From NCBI GenBank assembly GCA_009914755.4, contig CP068257.2, forward strand, positions 7,104,001 to 7,168,000: DNA of 64,000 bases, in the 5' to 3' direction. Positions 31,091 to 46,000 of this stretch are shown here, piece by piece. The stretch's first letter is position 1, and each line of letters begins with the position of its first letter. The translations under genes and the position numbers were made by a program. The notes beneath the pieces are model-generated. The model had not been told where the DNA came from. It ran no database searches and saw only the letters and a list, made by a program, of their open reading frames with translations. The stretch comes from the human T2T-CHM13v2.0 reference genome, Homo sapiens.

Positions 31091-34000
31091 TGGAATGGAT
31101 TGGAATGAAATATAATGGAATTGAATGGACTTGAATGGAATGAATGGAATTGAAAGGAATGGAATGAAATGAAACCGAACGGAATGGAATAGAATGGACT
31201 CGAATGGAATGGAATAGAATGGACTTGAATGGAATTAAATGTACTCGAAAGGAATGGAATGGAATGGAATGGAATCAAATGGAATTGAATGGAATGTAAT
31301 GGAACTGACTCAAATGCAATTTAATGCAGTGGCCACGAATGGAAGGGTTGGAATGGAATGAATTGGAATTGAATGGAAAGGAATGGATTGGACTCAAATG
31401 GAATGGAATGGAATGGATTGGAATAGAATTGAATGGAATGGATTCAAATAGAATGGCATGGAACGGAATGGACTCGAATGCAATAGAAAGGAATGGACTC
31501 GAATGCAATGGTATGGAATTGAATGTAATAGAGTAGAATGGACTCCAATGGAATGGAATGGAATTGAATAGACTAGAATAGAATAGAATGACACGGAATG
31601 GAATGAACTCGAATGGAATGGAATGGAATGGAATGGAATTAAATGGACTGGAATGGAATGGAATGGAAGGGAATGGAATGGAATGCATTTGAAATGAATG
31701 GACCCGAAAAGCATGGAATGGAATGGAATGGAATTGAAAGAAGTGGCTATGAATGGAATGGAATGGAATGGAATGGACTTGAATGAAAAGGAAAGGACTC
31801 GAATGGAATGGAATGGAATGGAATGGAATCAACTCCAGTGCAAAGGAATGGAATTGAATGGATGCGAATGGAATGGACCCAAATGGAATGGAACAGAATG
31901 GAATGCAACGGAATGGAGAGGAACGGAATGGAATGGAACGGAATGGAATGGAACGGGACAGAATGGAACGGAACGCAATGGATTGAAATGGAATGGAATA
32001 GAATGGAATGGAATGGATTTGAATGGAATGGAATGGACTCTAATGGAATGGAATGTGCTCGAATGGAATGGAATGCTTTGGAATGCACTCGAATGGAATA
32101 GAATGTATTGGAAGGGACTCAAAAGAAATAGAATGGAATGGACTCGAATGGAATGGAATGGACTCTAATGGAATGGAATGGAATGGAATGGAATGGACTC
32201 GAATGGAAAGGAATGGAACGGAGTGGAATGGAATGGAATCGGCTTCAATGGAATAGAATGCAGTGCAATTGAAAGGTCTCTAATGAAAGGGAATGGAAAG
32301 GACTCGAATGCAATGGAATGCACTCGAATGGAATGTAATTGATCGGAATAGACTCGAATGTAACGGAATGGAATGGACCCAATTGGAATGGAACGGAATG
32401 GAATGGAGAAGAACAGAATGGAATGAAATGGAATGCATTGGAATGGAATGGAATGGAATTGAATGGAATGCAATGGAAGAGATAGGAATGGAATGGAATG
32501 GAAGGGACTCCAATAGAATGGAAGGGACTCCAAAGGAATGGAATAGAATGGAATGGAATAGATAGGATTGGAAAGAAATTGAATGGAATGGACTCGAATG
32601 GAATGGAATGGAATCGAAAGGAATGTAATGGAAAGAATGGACTCGAATGGAATGCAATGGAATTGACTTAAGTGGAATGGAATGGAATGGACATGAATGG
32701 AACGAAATGGAATGGAACAGACTGTAATGGAAAGGAATGGATTGGAAAGGAATGGAATGGAACGGACTCTAATGCAATGGAAAGGACTCGAGTGGAATGG
32801 AATGGAATGGACTCGAATGGAATGGAAATGACTCGAGTGGAATGGAACAGAATGCAAAGGACTCGAATGGAATGGAGTGGAATGTATTTGAAAGGAATGG
32901 AATGGAATTGAATGGATTCGATTTGAACCGAATGCAATGGCATGGAATGGACTCGAACGGAATGTAATGTAATGGAATGAAATGGGATCGAACGGAATGG
33001 AGTGGAATGGACTCAAATGGAAAGGAATGGAATGGAGTAAAATGGAATGGACACGAAAGGTATGCAATGGAATTGAGTGGACTCAATAGGAATGCAATGG
33101 AAAAGAATGTAATGAAATGGAATGGACTCTAAAGGAAAGTAATGGAATGAAAAGTGCTGAAATGGAATAGAATGGAATGTAAAAAATTGTGACAGAATGG
33201 ACTCGAAGGGAATGCAGTTGAATTGAATGGACCTGAAAGCAATGGAATGGAATGTAACGGATTGGAAGGGAATATAATGGAATGAAATGGAAAAGACTCG
33301 AATGGAATTGAATAGAATGGAATGGACTAGAATGAAATTGTAGAGGAATGGAATGGAATGGAATCGACTAGAGAGGAATGGAATGGACTCGACTGAAATG
33401 GAATGCAGTGGAATGGACTCGAATGGAATGCAATGGAATGGAATAGACTCGAATGGAATGGAATGGAATGGAATGAAATGGAATGGAAGCACATGAAATG
33501 GAATGAAATAGAATGGATTCGAATGGAATGGAATTGAATGGGATGGAATGCAATGGAATCAAATGGAATGGACTTGAAATGAATGGAATTGACTCGAATG
33601 GAATATGGAATGGAATGGAACGGAATGGAATGGAATGGAATTGACTCAAATGGAATGCAATGCAATGGAATGGATTGGAATGGAATGGACTCGAATGAAA
33701 TGGAATGGAAAGGACTCGAATGCAATGGAATGGACTCGAATGAAATGTAATTGATTGGAATGCACTCCAATGGAATGGAATGGAATGGAATGGACTCTAG
33801 TGTAATGCAATGGAAAGGAATCGAATGGAATACAATGGAATGGAATGTATTCGAGAAGAATGGAATGGAATGGATATGAATGAAACAGAATGGAGTGGAA
33901 CGGAGTGGAATGGAATGGAACCGAATGGAATGGAACGGAATGGAATGGAATGGGATGGAACAGAATGGAATGGAATGGAACACAGTCTAATGGAATGGAA

Positions 34001-37000
34001 TGGAATGGAATGGAATGGAATGGACAGGAATGGAATGAAATGGAATGGAATGGTATGGACTTGAATGAGATGGAATGGAATGGAATCGAATGGAATAGAA
34101 TGGACTTGAGTGGAAAGGAATGGAATTGGCTCAAATGGAATAGAATTGAATGGACTCGAATTGAATGGAATGGAATGCAATGGACAGGACTGGAATGGAA
34201 TGGAATGGAATGGAATGGAATCGAATGTAATGGAAGGGAATAGAATGGGTTTGAATGGAATGGACCTTTAAAGAATGGAATGGAATGGAATGGAATGAAG
34301 TGGCCTCAAATGCAATGGAATGTATCGGGATGGACACGAATGAAATGGAATGGACTCAAATGGAACGGAATAGAATGGAATCAACTCGAGTGCAATGGAA
34401 TGGAATGGAATGGATCCGAATTGAATGAAACGAAATGGAACGGAATGGAATCGCATGGAATGGAAGAAACTCAAATGGAATAGAATGGAATAGACTCGAA
34501 TTGAATGGAATGCAATGGAATGGACTCGAATGGAATGTGATAGAATGGACTTGAATGGAATTCAATGGACTTGAAAGGAATGGAATGGAATGCAATTGAA
34601 TGGAATCCAATGGAATGCAATGGAATTGACTCGAATGGAATTGAATGGAGTGGCCACGAGTGGACGGGGTGGAATGGAATGTACTGGAATTGAATGGAAT
34701 GCAATGGAATGGCCTCAAGGGGAATGGAATGGAATGGAATTGAATGGACTCGAATCAAATGTAATGGAATGGAATGGAATGGACTCGAGTAGAATGGAAT
34801 GGACAAGAAAGGAATGGATTGGAATGGAATGGAATGGACCTGAATGGAATGGAATGCAAAGGAATCGAATAGGATGGAATGTATTGGAATGGACTCGAAT
34901 GGAATGGATAGGAATGGACCCGAATGGAATTGAGTGGAATGGTCTCGAGTGGAATGGAAAGGAATGGAATGAACTCGAATGCAATGGAATGGAATGGACT
35001 CGAATGGAATGGAAAGAATGGACCCGAATGGAATGGAATGGAATGGAATGGTATGGTGTGGAATGTAATGGATTTGAATGGAATAGGATAAATGGAATGG
35101 AATGGATTCGAAAAGATTGGAATGGAATGAACTAGAATGGAATGGAATGGACATGAATGGAACGGAATGGAATGGAATGAACTCGAATGGAATACAATGG
35201 AATTTAATGGAATGTACTCTAATGGAATGGAAAGGAATGGACTTGAATGGAATAGAATGGATGAGACTCTAATGGAATGGAATGCAAGGGAATGGACTCA
35301 AATGGAATGGAATGGAATTGACTCAAATGGTATGGAAAGGAATTGAATGCACTCGAAAGGATTGGGATGGAGTACAGTGGAATGGACTCGAATGGAATGG
35401 AATGGAATGAACTCGAATGCAATGTTATGCAATGGAATGGACCCAAATGGAATGGAATGTAATTGACTGGAATGGAATTGAATGGAATGGACCCGAATGG
35501 AATGGATTGGAATGGAATAGAATGGAATGGAATGAAATGGAAAGGAATGGAATGGACTCGAATGGAATGAAATGGAATGGACTCGAATGGAATGCAATGG
35601 TATGGACTGGGCTCAAATGGAATGGAATGGAATGGAATGGAAAAGAATGGAGTGGAATAGAATGGACTGCAATGTAATGAGTTTGGAATGGACTGGAATG
35701 GAATGGAATGGAATGGGATGGAATGGAATGGGATGGAATGGACTCAAATGGAATGGCATGGAATGGAATGGAATGGACACAAATGCCATAGAATGGAATG
35801 GACTCGAATGGAATTTAATGGAATTGACTCAAATGGAATGGAATGCAATTGAATGGTCTCGAAAGGATTGGGAAGGAATAGAGTGGAATGGACTCGAATG
35901 GAGTGGAATAGAAAGAATTTGAATGGAATGGACTGGGATCGAATGGAGTGAAATGGGGTAGAAAGGAGTGGAATGGATTTGAGTGGAGTAGGATGGGAAG
36001 GAGCAGAGTGGAGTGGAGTGGAGTGTAATGGGACGGAATGGAATGCAATGGTCTCGAATGGAATCAATTGGAATGTGGTGAAGTGGATTGGAGTGGAGTG
36101 GAATGGAATGCGGTTGAATGGAATTCAATGGAGTGGAGAGGAATGGAGTGGAATGGAATGGGAAAAAATGGAATTGAACGGATTGGAGTGGACTGGAGTG
36201 GAGTGGAGTATAATGCAATGGAATGGGATGGAGTGCAGCGAATTGGAATGAAGTGGAATGCAACTGAATGGAATGGAATGGAGTGATGTGAAGTGGAGTG
36301 GAGTTCAATGGAGAGGAATAAGGAGGAGTGGAGTGGAGTGGAATGGAGTGGAATGCAATTGAATGGAATAGAATGGAGTGATATGAGGTGGAGTGAAGTG
36401 GAGTGGGGTGGCATGGAGTGGAATGGGGAGAAGTGGAGTTGATTGAAGTGGACATGTATGGAATGGAGTGGAGTGGAGTGGAATGATTTGTGGTGGAGTG
36501 TAGTGGATTGGAGTGGAATGGAATATAGTGGAGTGGAATGGAATGTGGTGGAGTGGAGTGGAGTGAATTAGAGTGGAGTGCAGTGGAAGGTAATGGAAAT
36601 GAATGGAAAAAAATGGAATGGAGTGGAGTGGAGTGAAATGGAGTGGAATGGAGTGCAATGGAAAGGAATGGATTGGAATGGAATGGAGTGCAATGGAATG
36701 GACTGTAGTGGAATGGAATGGAGTGGAATAAAATGGAATGGATTGGAATGCAATGAAGTGGAATGGGATGAAATAGAATGGAATGCAATGCAATGAAGTG
36801 GAATGGAATGAAATGGAATGGAATGGAATGGAATGGACTCGAATGGAATGGACTGGAATGGAATGGACTGGAATGTAATAGATTGGAATGGAATGGACAC
36901 AAATGGAATGGACTCAAATCTAAAGGAATCGATTGGAATGCAACAGAATGCAATCAAATGGAATGTAAAGGAATAGAATGGAATGGAATGGAATGGAATG

Positions 37001-40000
37001 GAATGGAATGAACTCGAATGGAATTCACTGGAAAGCAATGGACTGTAATGGAATAGACTGGAATGGAATGGACTCGAATGGAATGGAGTGGAAGGGAATT
37101 GTCTCGAATGGAATGGAATCAAAAGGAATGGAATGGCACAGTCTTAAATTTAATGCAATCGAATGGAATGGAAACGAATGGAAATTAATCAATTGAAATG
37201 GAAATGTATAGAATAGAAAGGAATGGAATGGAATGGAAAGGAGTGGAATGGAATGGAATGAAATGCAATCGAATGGAATGGCATCGAATGGAATGGAATG
37301 GAATAGAAGAGAATGGAATGGAATGGAATGGACTCGAATGTAATTGACTAGAATGGAATGGACTCGAAAGGAATGGACTCGAATGGAATGGAATAGAATG
37401 GAATGGAATCGAAAGGAATGGAATGGAAACGAATGGAAGAAAAGCGAATGGAATTGAATCGAATTGAATTAAATCAAATGCAGTTTAATCAAATGGAATG
37501 GAATTAAATGGAAGGTAGTGGATTGGAATGGAATGGAATGGAGTGGAATGGAATGGAATGGACTTGAATGGAATGGTATGGAGTTGAGTGAAGTGGAGTG
37601 CATGGAGTGGAGGGGAAAGGAGTGGAATGGAATGGAATGGGAAGGAATTGAATTGAACGGGGTGGAGTGGATTGGAGGGGACGGCAATATAATGGAATAG
37701 AGTGGAGTGGAGTGGAATGGAATGGAATGCAGTGGAATTGAATGGAGTGGATTGGATTGGAATGGAGTGGAATGCAATGGAATGGAGTGGAGTGGAGTGC
37801 AGCGGAGCGGAGTGGAAAGGAGTGGAATGGAATGCAATGAAATGGAATGGAGTGGAATGGAGTTGAGTGGAATGGATACAATGGATTTGAGAGGAATAGA
37901 GTGGAATGGAATGGAATGGAATGGACTTGAATAGAATGGAGTGGAATGGAATAGAATGGAATCGAACGGAATGGAATGGAAGGGAATGGACTCGAATGGA
38001 ATGGACAGGAATTGAATGGAATTGAAAGGAATGGAATTGTGTGGCATCAAATGAATTCGAATGGAATGCGGTGAAGTGGAGTTGAGTGGAGTGGAATGCA
38101 GTGGAATGGAAAGTGGTGGAAAGGAATTGAATGGAGTGGAGGGGAGATGAATGGAGTGGAATGGAATTGAATGGGAAAAAATGCAATTGAACTGAATGGA
38201 GTACAGTGGATTGGAGTGGAGTGGAGTGGAACAAAATGGAATGGAGTGGAGTGGATTGGAGTGGATTGGAGTGGAATGGAGTGAAATGGAGTGGAGTGGA
38301 ATGTATTGGAATGGAATGGAGTGGAATGGAATGGATTGGAGTGGAGTGGAGTGTAATGGAGTGGAGTGTCATGGAGTGGAGTGGAGAGGAGTGGATTGGA
38401 GTGGAATGGAGTGAAATGAAATGGAAGGGAGTGGAGTGGCATTGAGTGGAGTGGAATGCAATGGAGTGGAGTGGAATAGAAAGGAATGGAATGGAATGCA
38501 ATGTTGTGGAATGGAATTGAATGGAATGGACTCGAATGGAATATAATTCAATGAAATGGAATGCAATGGAATGGAATAGAATTGAAGAGAATGGAATTTA
38601 ATGGCATCGAATGGTATCAAATGACTTGCGACTAAGAGGATTGGAAGGGAATGGAGAGGAGCCGAATGGAATGGAATGAAATGGAATGTATTGGACTGGA
38701 ATGGAGAGGGGTGGCGTGGACTGGAGTGCCGTGGAGTGGAGTAGAATGGAATGGATCGGAGTGGAATGGAATGGAATGGAGTTGAATGAAACGGAATGGA
38801 AGGGAATGGAATGGAATGGAATGCAATGGAATGGAATCGAATGGCATCGAATTTAATCAAATGGAATGCGATGAAGTTGATTGGAGTGCACTACAGTGGA
38901 GTGGAATGGAATGGGGTGCCATGGAAATGAATGGAGTGGAGTGGCACGGAATGGAGTAGAATGGAATGGAATGGGAAGGATTGGAATTGAACGCAGTGGA
39001 GTGCAGTGGAGTGGAACGTAATGGAATGGAATGTAAAGGTCTGGAGTGGAGTGGATTTGAGTTGAATGGAAAGCAGTGGAGTGGAAAGGAGTACAGTGGA
39101 ATTGTTGGAAAGGAATGGAATGGAGTGGAGTGGAGTGGAATGCAGTGGAATTGAGTGGAGTGGAGTGGAGTGGAATGGAATGGTGTGGAGTTGAATATAT
39201 TATAGTGGAGTGGAATGGAGTAGAAAGGAAAGGAGTGGAGTAGAATTGGTGGAATGGAATGGAATACAATAGAGTGGAGTGGAGTTAAGTAGAATGTAAT
39301 GTAGTGGAAGGGAATGGAATGGAAAGCAATGGAATCGAAGAGACTCCAATGGAATGTAATGGAATTGAATGAAATTGAATGTAATGGCATCGAATGGAAT
39401 GCAATCAAATGGAATGGACTCAAATAAAATGGAATCTAATGGAATGGAATTGAAGGGCATCGAATGTAATCGAATTCAATGAGTTAAAGAGGACGGAGGT
39501 GCAGTGTTATGGAGTGGAACGGAATAGAACAGGAAGGAATGGAGTTTACTGGAGAGTGGTGGAGTGGAGTGGAGTGGAATGCAATAGAAGTGAAAGGAAT
39601 GGAGTGGAATGGAATGGATTGGAGTGGCATGGAGTGGAGTGGAGTGGAATGCAGTGGAATGGAGTAGAATGGAGAGGAATGGAATGGAGTGGAATGGAAT
39701 GGCGTGGAGAAGAATGGAGTGAAGTGAAAAGGAGTGGAGTGGAGTGGAATGGAATAGAATGGATTGGAATGGAATGGAATGGATTGCAATGGACCCAAAT
39801 AGAATGGAATCAAATGGAATGGAACCGAATGGAATGGAATCAAAGGGAATCGAATCTAACCGAATGGAATGCAGTGAAGTGCAGTGAAGTGGAATGGAAA
39901 GGATTGGAATGGAATCGAATAGAAAGGGGTGGAATGGAAGTGAATGGAGTGGAGTGGAGTGGACTGGAGACGAATGGAAAGGAAAGGGAAGGAATGGAAT

Positions 40001-43000
40001 TGAACGGAGTGGATTGGAGTGGAATGGAATGGAGTGGAATTCAATGGAATGGAATAAAATGGAGTGAAGTGGAGTGGAGTGCATAGGAATGGAATGAAGT
40101 GTAGTGGAGTGAAACGGAGTGCATTGGAGTGGAATGAAATGGAGTGGAGTGGAATGGAACAGAAAGGAATAGAGTGGAGTGGAGTGGAATTGAATACAAT
40201 GGAAAGGAATGGTTTCGAATGGAATGAAATGGAATGGAATTGAAGGGAATTTAAAGGAATGAAGGGAGTGGACGGGAATGGAATGGATTGGAATGGAACG
40301 GAAACAAATGGAGCGGACTGGAAACGAATGGACTGGAATGGAAGGGACTGCAATGGAATGGACTCGATTGGAATTTTATCGATTGGAATGGAATCGAATG
40401 GAAGGTAATAAATGGAATGGAAACGAATGGAATGGAATCGAATGGAATGGAAAAGAAAAGCATCAAAAGGAAACAAATGGAAAGGGGTGAAGTGGAGTGT
40501 AGTGGAGTCGAAGGGAGTGGAATGGAATGGAATGGGGTGTAATGGAATTTAATGGAGTGGAGTGGAATTGAGTGGTATGGGATGGAATTAAAAAGAATGG
40601 AATGGATTGTAGTGAGGTCGAGTGGAGTGGGATGGAGGAGAGTCGAGTGGAATGGAATGAATTCGAATAGTATAGAATGGAATGGATTCGAATGGAAAAG
40701 ACTCGAATATAATAGAATGAAATGAAATGGACTCGAATGGAATGGAATCTAATTAAAAGGAAACGAAAACAATGGAATCCAATGGAATGGAATTGAGTTG
40801 AACGGAATTGAATGGATAGTATTCAAATGGAATGGAAAGGAATGAAATGGAGGCGAATGGAATGGAATCAAATGTCATAGAATGGAATCTAATGGAATGT
40901 GTTGAAGAGGATTAGTGTGGACTGGAAAGGAGTGGAATGGAATGGGGTGGAATGGAAATTAATTGAGTGTAGTGGATTGGAATGGAGTTGAAAGGAATGG
41001 AATGGGCAAGAATGGAATGCGAAGGAATGGAGTTGAAAGGAGTGGAGTGGAGTCGAGTGGAGTGGTATGGAATGCAATGGAATGGAATAGGAAGGAATGG
41101 AATGGAATGGAATGGAGTGTAGTGGAATGAAATGGAATTTAGTGGAATGGAATGGAGTGGAATGAATGGAACGGAATTGAATGGAATGGAATGGAGTGGA
41201 GTGGAATTTAGTGGACTGGAGTGGAATGAAATGGAATGGAATGGAATGGAAAGGTATGGAATGGAAGGGAATGGAATGGATTTAAATGGAATGGTCTCAA
41301 ATGGAATGAAATTGAAAGGAAAGGAATCGAATGCATTGGAATTAAGTGGAATGGAATCAAATGGAATGGAATCAAAAGTAATAGAAATGAAGAGAATGGA
41401 ATCGAGGGGAAAGGAATAGAATGACTTCGAATGGAATCGTATGGAATGGAGTGAGGTGGAGTGGAGTGGAATGGAGTGCAATGGAGTGGAATGGAATGGA
41501 GCGGAGTGGAATGAAGAGCAATGGAATAGAAAGGAATAGAATGGAATGGAATGGAGTGGAATGGAGTGCAATGGAGTGGAATGGATAGGAATAGAGTGGA
41601 ATGGAATGGAATGGAGTGGAATGGAATTGAATGGAATGGAGTGGAATGGAATGAAGTGGAATGGAATGGAAAGGAACGGAATGGAATGGACTGGAGTGGA
41701 ATGGAGTGGATTAGAGTAGAATGGAATGGAATGGACTCTAATGGAATGGAAAAGAATGGAATGGATTCTAATTGAAAGGCATCGAATGGAAGGGAATCGA
41801 ATGGCATCGAATGGAATAGAATGGAATGTGATGAAGTGTTGTGGGGTGGATTGCAAAGGAGGGGAATGTAATGAGTTGGAATGGAATTGAATGGAGTGGT
41901 GTGGAGCAGAGTGGAATTGAGTGAAATAAAATGGAATGGCGAGGAATGGAAAGGGATGGAATGGAACTGAATGGAGTCGATTGGAAGGGAGTGGAATGGA
42001 GTGGAATGGAATGGAATCGGAAAGAAATTGAATGGATTGGAGTGGAATGGAATGCAAAGGAATGGAATGGAATGGAATCAAATGGAATGGAATGGAGGGG
42101 AGTGGAAGGTAATGGAATGGAATGGATTGGAATGTGGTCGAGTTGAGTGGAGTTCAGTGGAATTGAGTGGAGTGGAATGAAATGGAGTGGAATGGAGTGG
42201 AGTGAAATGGAATGGAGTAGAGTTGAATGGAATCGACTGGACAAGAATGGAATGGAATGGAATGGAATGGAATGGACTTGAATGGAAAGGACTGGAATGG
42301 AATGTACTCCAAAGGAATGCATTTGAATTTAATGGAACCGAATGGAATGGAATCGAATGGAATGGAAGTGAATGGCATCGAACGGAATCGAGTTGAATGC
42401 AGTGAACTGGAGTGGAGAGGAGTGGAATGGATTGGAATTGAGTGGAATGGAAAGGAATGGGAAGGAATGGAATGGAATGGAGTGGAGGGGAGTGGAGTCG
42501 AGTGGAGGGGAGTGGATTCGAGTGGAGCGGATTGAAATGCAATGGAATGCAATGGAAGGGATTAGAGTGGAGTGGAGGGGAATGGAGTGGAGTGGAATGG
42601 AATGGAATAGAATGGAATCGAAAGCAATAAAATCGAATTCAATGGAAGTGAAGGGCATCGAATGCCATCGAATGGAGAGAGGTGAAGTGGAGTGGAGTGT
42701 TACGGAGTGGAAGGGAATGGGGTGGAATGGAAGAGAATGGACTGGAGTGGCGTGGAATGGAGTGTAATGGAATGGAATGGGAAGGAATGGAATTGAATGG
42801 ATAGGAGTGGAGTGGATTGGAATGGAATGGAAAGGAAAATAATGGGGTGGAGTGGAGTGGAGTGGACTAGAGTGCAGTCGAATGGAGTGGAATGGAGAGA
42901 AATTCAATGGAATGGAAAAGAGTAATGGAATGGAATGTAGTGGAGTGTAGTGAAGAGGAAAGGAATGAAATGGACTGGAATAGAATAGAATGGAATGGAA

Positions 43001-46000
43001 TGGAACGGAATGGAATGGACACGAGTGGAATGGAACCGAAAGGAATGTACTCGAATGGAATGGAATCGAAAGGATGGGAATAGAAAGGAAATGGATCGAA
43101 TGGAATGGAATTGAATGGAGTGGAATCGAATGGACTGGAAGCAAATGACATCGAATGGAAATGAATGGAATGCGGGGAAGGGGAGTGGAGTGAAGGGGAG
43201 TGGAGTGGAGTGGATTGGAATGGAATGGGGTGGAATGGAATTCAATGGAGTGGAGTGGAGTCAAGTGGAATGGAGTAGAATGGAATAAAATGGAATGGAA
43301 TCCAATGGAATGGACTGGAATTGAGTAGAATGGAATGGAATGGAATGGCATGCAATGGAATGGAAGCTACTGGAATGGCATCAATTAACATCGAATGGAA
43401 TTGAATGAGGTGGAGTGTAGTGGAGTGTAATGGAATGGGGTGGAATGGAATTGAATGGAGACGAGTGGAGTGGAGTGGAATGGAATGGAATGGAATGGAG
43501 TGGAGTGGAATGGAATGGAGATGAACAAATTGGAGTGCAAAGGAGTGGAATGGAAAGCAATGGAATGGAAAGGAATAGAATGGAATGGAATGGAATGCAA
43601 TGCAGTGGAATAGAATGGAGTGGAGTGGAATGGAATGGAATGGAGTGGAGAGGAATGGAATGGAATGGAGTGGAATGGAATGAAGTGGAATGGAATGGAA
43701 AGGAACAGAATGGAATGGACTGGAGTTGAATGGAGTGGATTGAAGTGGAATGGAATGGACTCGAATGGAATGGAAACGAATGGAATGGATTCTAATGGAA
43801 TGTCATCGAATGGAAGGGAATCGAATGGCATCAAATGGAATAGAAAAGAATGAGGTGAAGTGTTGTGTGGAGTGCAACGGAGTGGAATGGAATGAGAAGG
43901 AATGGAATTGAATGGAGTGGTGTGGAGCAGGGTGGAATGGAGTGGAATGAAAAGTAATGCGAAGGAATGGAATGAGACAGAATGGAACTGAATGGAGTTG
44001 ACAGGAGTGGGGTGGAATAGAGTGGAATGGAATGGAATCAGAAGGAAAGGATTTGAATGGATTGAAGTGGAATGGACTGGAGTGGAATTCAATGCAAAGG
44101 AATGGAGTGGAATGGAATGGAATAAAATGGAATGGAATGGAGTGGAATGGACTGGAGTGGAATGGAATACAAACGAATGGAAAGGAACGGAATTAAATGG
44201 AATGGAATGGAGTGGAATGGAGTGGAATGAAGTGGAATGGAATGGAGAGGATTAGAAGGTAATGGAATGGAATGGAATGAAATGCGGTCGTGTGGAGTGG
44301 AGTTTAGTGTAATAGGGTGGAGTGCAATGAAATGGAGTGGAGTGGAGTGAAATGGAATGGAATAGAGTTTAATGGAATGGAGTGGAGTGGAATGGAATGG
44401 AATGGAATGGAATGGACTTGAACGAAAAGGACTGGAATAGAATGTACTAGAATGGAATGCACTTGAATTGAATGGAATCGAATGGATTGGAATCGAAATG
44501 AATGGAATCGAACGGAATGGAATCGAATGTCGTCGAACGAAATCGAGTTGAATGCAGTGAGCTGGAGTGGAGTGGAGTGGAATGGAGTGGAATTGAAGGG
44601 AATGGAAAGGAATGGGAAGGAATGGAATGGATTGGAGTGGATTGGAGTGGAGTGGAGTTGATTGAAATGCAATGGAATGCAATAGAATGGAGTGGAGTGG
44701 AGTGGAGTGGAGGAGAATGGAGTGGAGAGGAATGGAATGGAATGGAATGGGACGGAATGGAATGGATTGCAATAACATCGAATGCAATGGAAGCGAATGA
44801 CAACGAATGCAATCGAATGGAGTGTGGTGGAGTGGAGGGGAGTGGAGTGGAATGGAGGGGAATGGAATGGAATCAGAAGGAATGGAATGGAATGGAGAGG
44901 AGTGGAGTGGAATAGAATCGAAAGGAAAGGAATAGTGTGGAGTGGAGAGGAGAGGAGTGCAGTCGAATGGAGTGGAATGGGTAGAAATTGAACGGAATGG
45001 AAGTGTAATAGAATGGAATGTAGTGGAGTGTCCTGAAGTGGAATAAAAAGAAATGGACTGGAATAGAATGGAATGGAATGGAATTGAATGGAACTGAATG
45101 GAATAGAATGGAATGGAAAGGAATGGAATGGACTCCAGTGAAATGGACCTGAATGGAATGGATCCGAATGGAATGGAATCGAAAGGAAGGGAATACAAAG
45201 GAATGGGATCGAATGGAATGGAATTGAATGGAATGGAATCGAATGGACTGGAATCGAATGGCTTTGAATGGAATCGAATGGAAAGCGGGAAAGGGTAGTG
45301 GAGTGGAGTGGATTGGAATGGAATGGGGTGGAATGGAATTGAATGGAGTGGAGTGGAGTGGATTCGAGTGGAATGGAGAGGAATGGAATATAATGGAATG
45401 GAATGGAATGTCCTGGAATGGAATAAAATGGAATGAAATGGAATGGAATGGAAGCAAACGGAATGGAATTGAACTACATCAAATGGAATCAAATGGAATG
45501 AGGTGAAGTGCAGAGGAGTGGAGTGAAATGGAATAGGTTGGAATGGAATTGAATGGAGAGGATTGGAGTGGAATGGAATGGAATGGAATGGATAGGGAAG
45601 GAATTTAATTGAACGGAGTGGAGTGGATTGGAGTGGGGTGGAATGCAATGGAACAGTATGGAACGGAGTGGAGTGTATTGGAGTGGAGTGCAGTGGAGTG
45701 CAGTGGAATAAAGTGGAATTGAATGCAATGGAATGGAATGGAGTGGAATATAACGGAATCGATTGGAGTGGATTGGAGTGGAATGGAATGGAATAGACAG
45801 AAATGTAAAAGAATGGAATGGAATAGAATGTACTGGACTCTAATGGAATGGACTGGAAGGGAATGCAATCCAATGGAAGGGAAACGAATGGAATCATTGA
45901 ATGGAGTGGAATCAAATCTAATGGAATGGAATGAAATTGAATGGAATCGAATGGAATGCGAGGAAGTGCAGTGGAGTGGAGTGGAATGGAGTGGAATGGA

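Larger units (their letters stand above)
1..35900 (+). repeat. Block A: GGAAT-dominant satellite III-like subarray with ACTCGAATGG punctuation
   Basis: Long runs of AATGGAATGG interrupted by GGACTCGAATGG and GGACTCAAATGG. GGAGT pentamers are rare. A marker motif GGAATTTACTGGATTGGAATCTAA recurs only in this block, at about 1500, 2285, 13370, 17345, 19785, 20450, 22300, 24355, 26715, 27895 and 29385. The end boundary is approximate, plus or minus about 100 bp. The last clean GGACTCGAATGG before the GGAGT-rich sequence is near 35,890. Confidence 0.7.
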
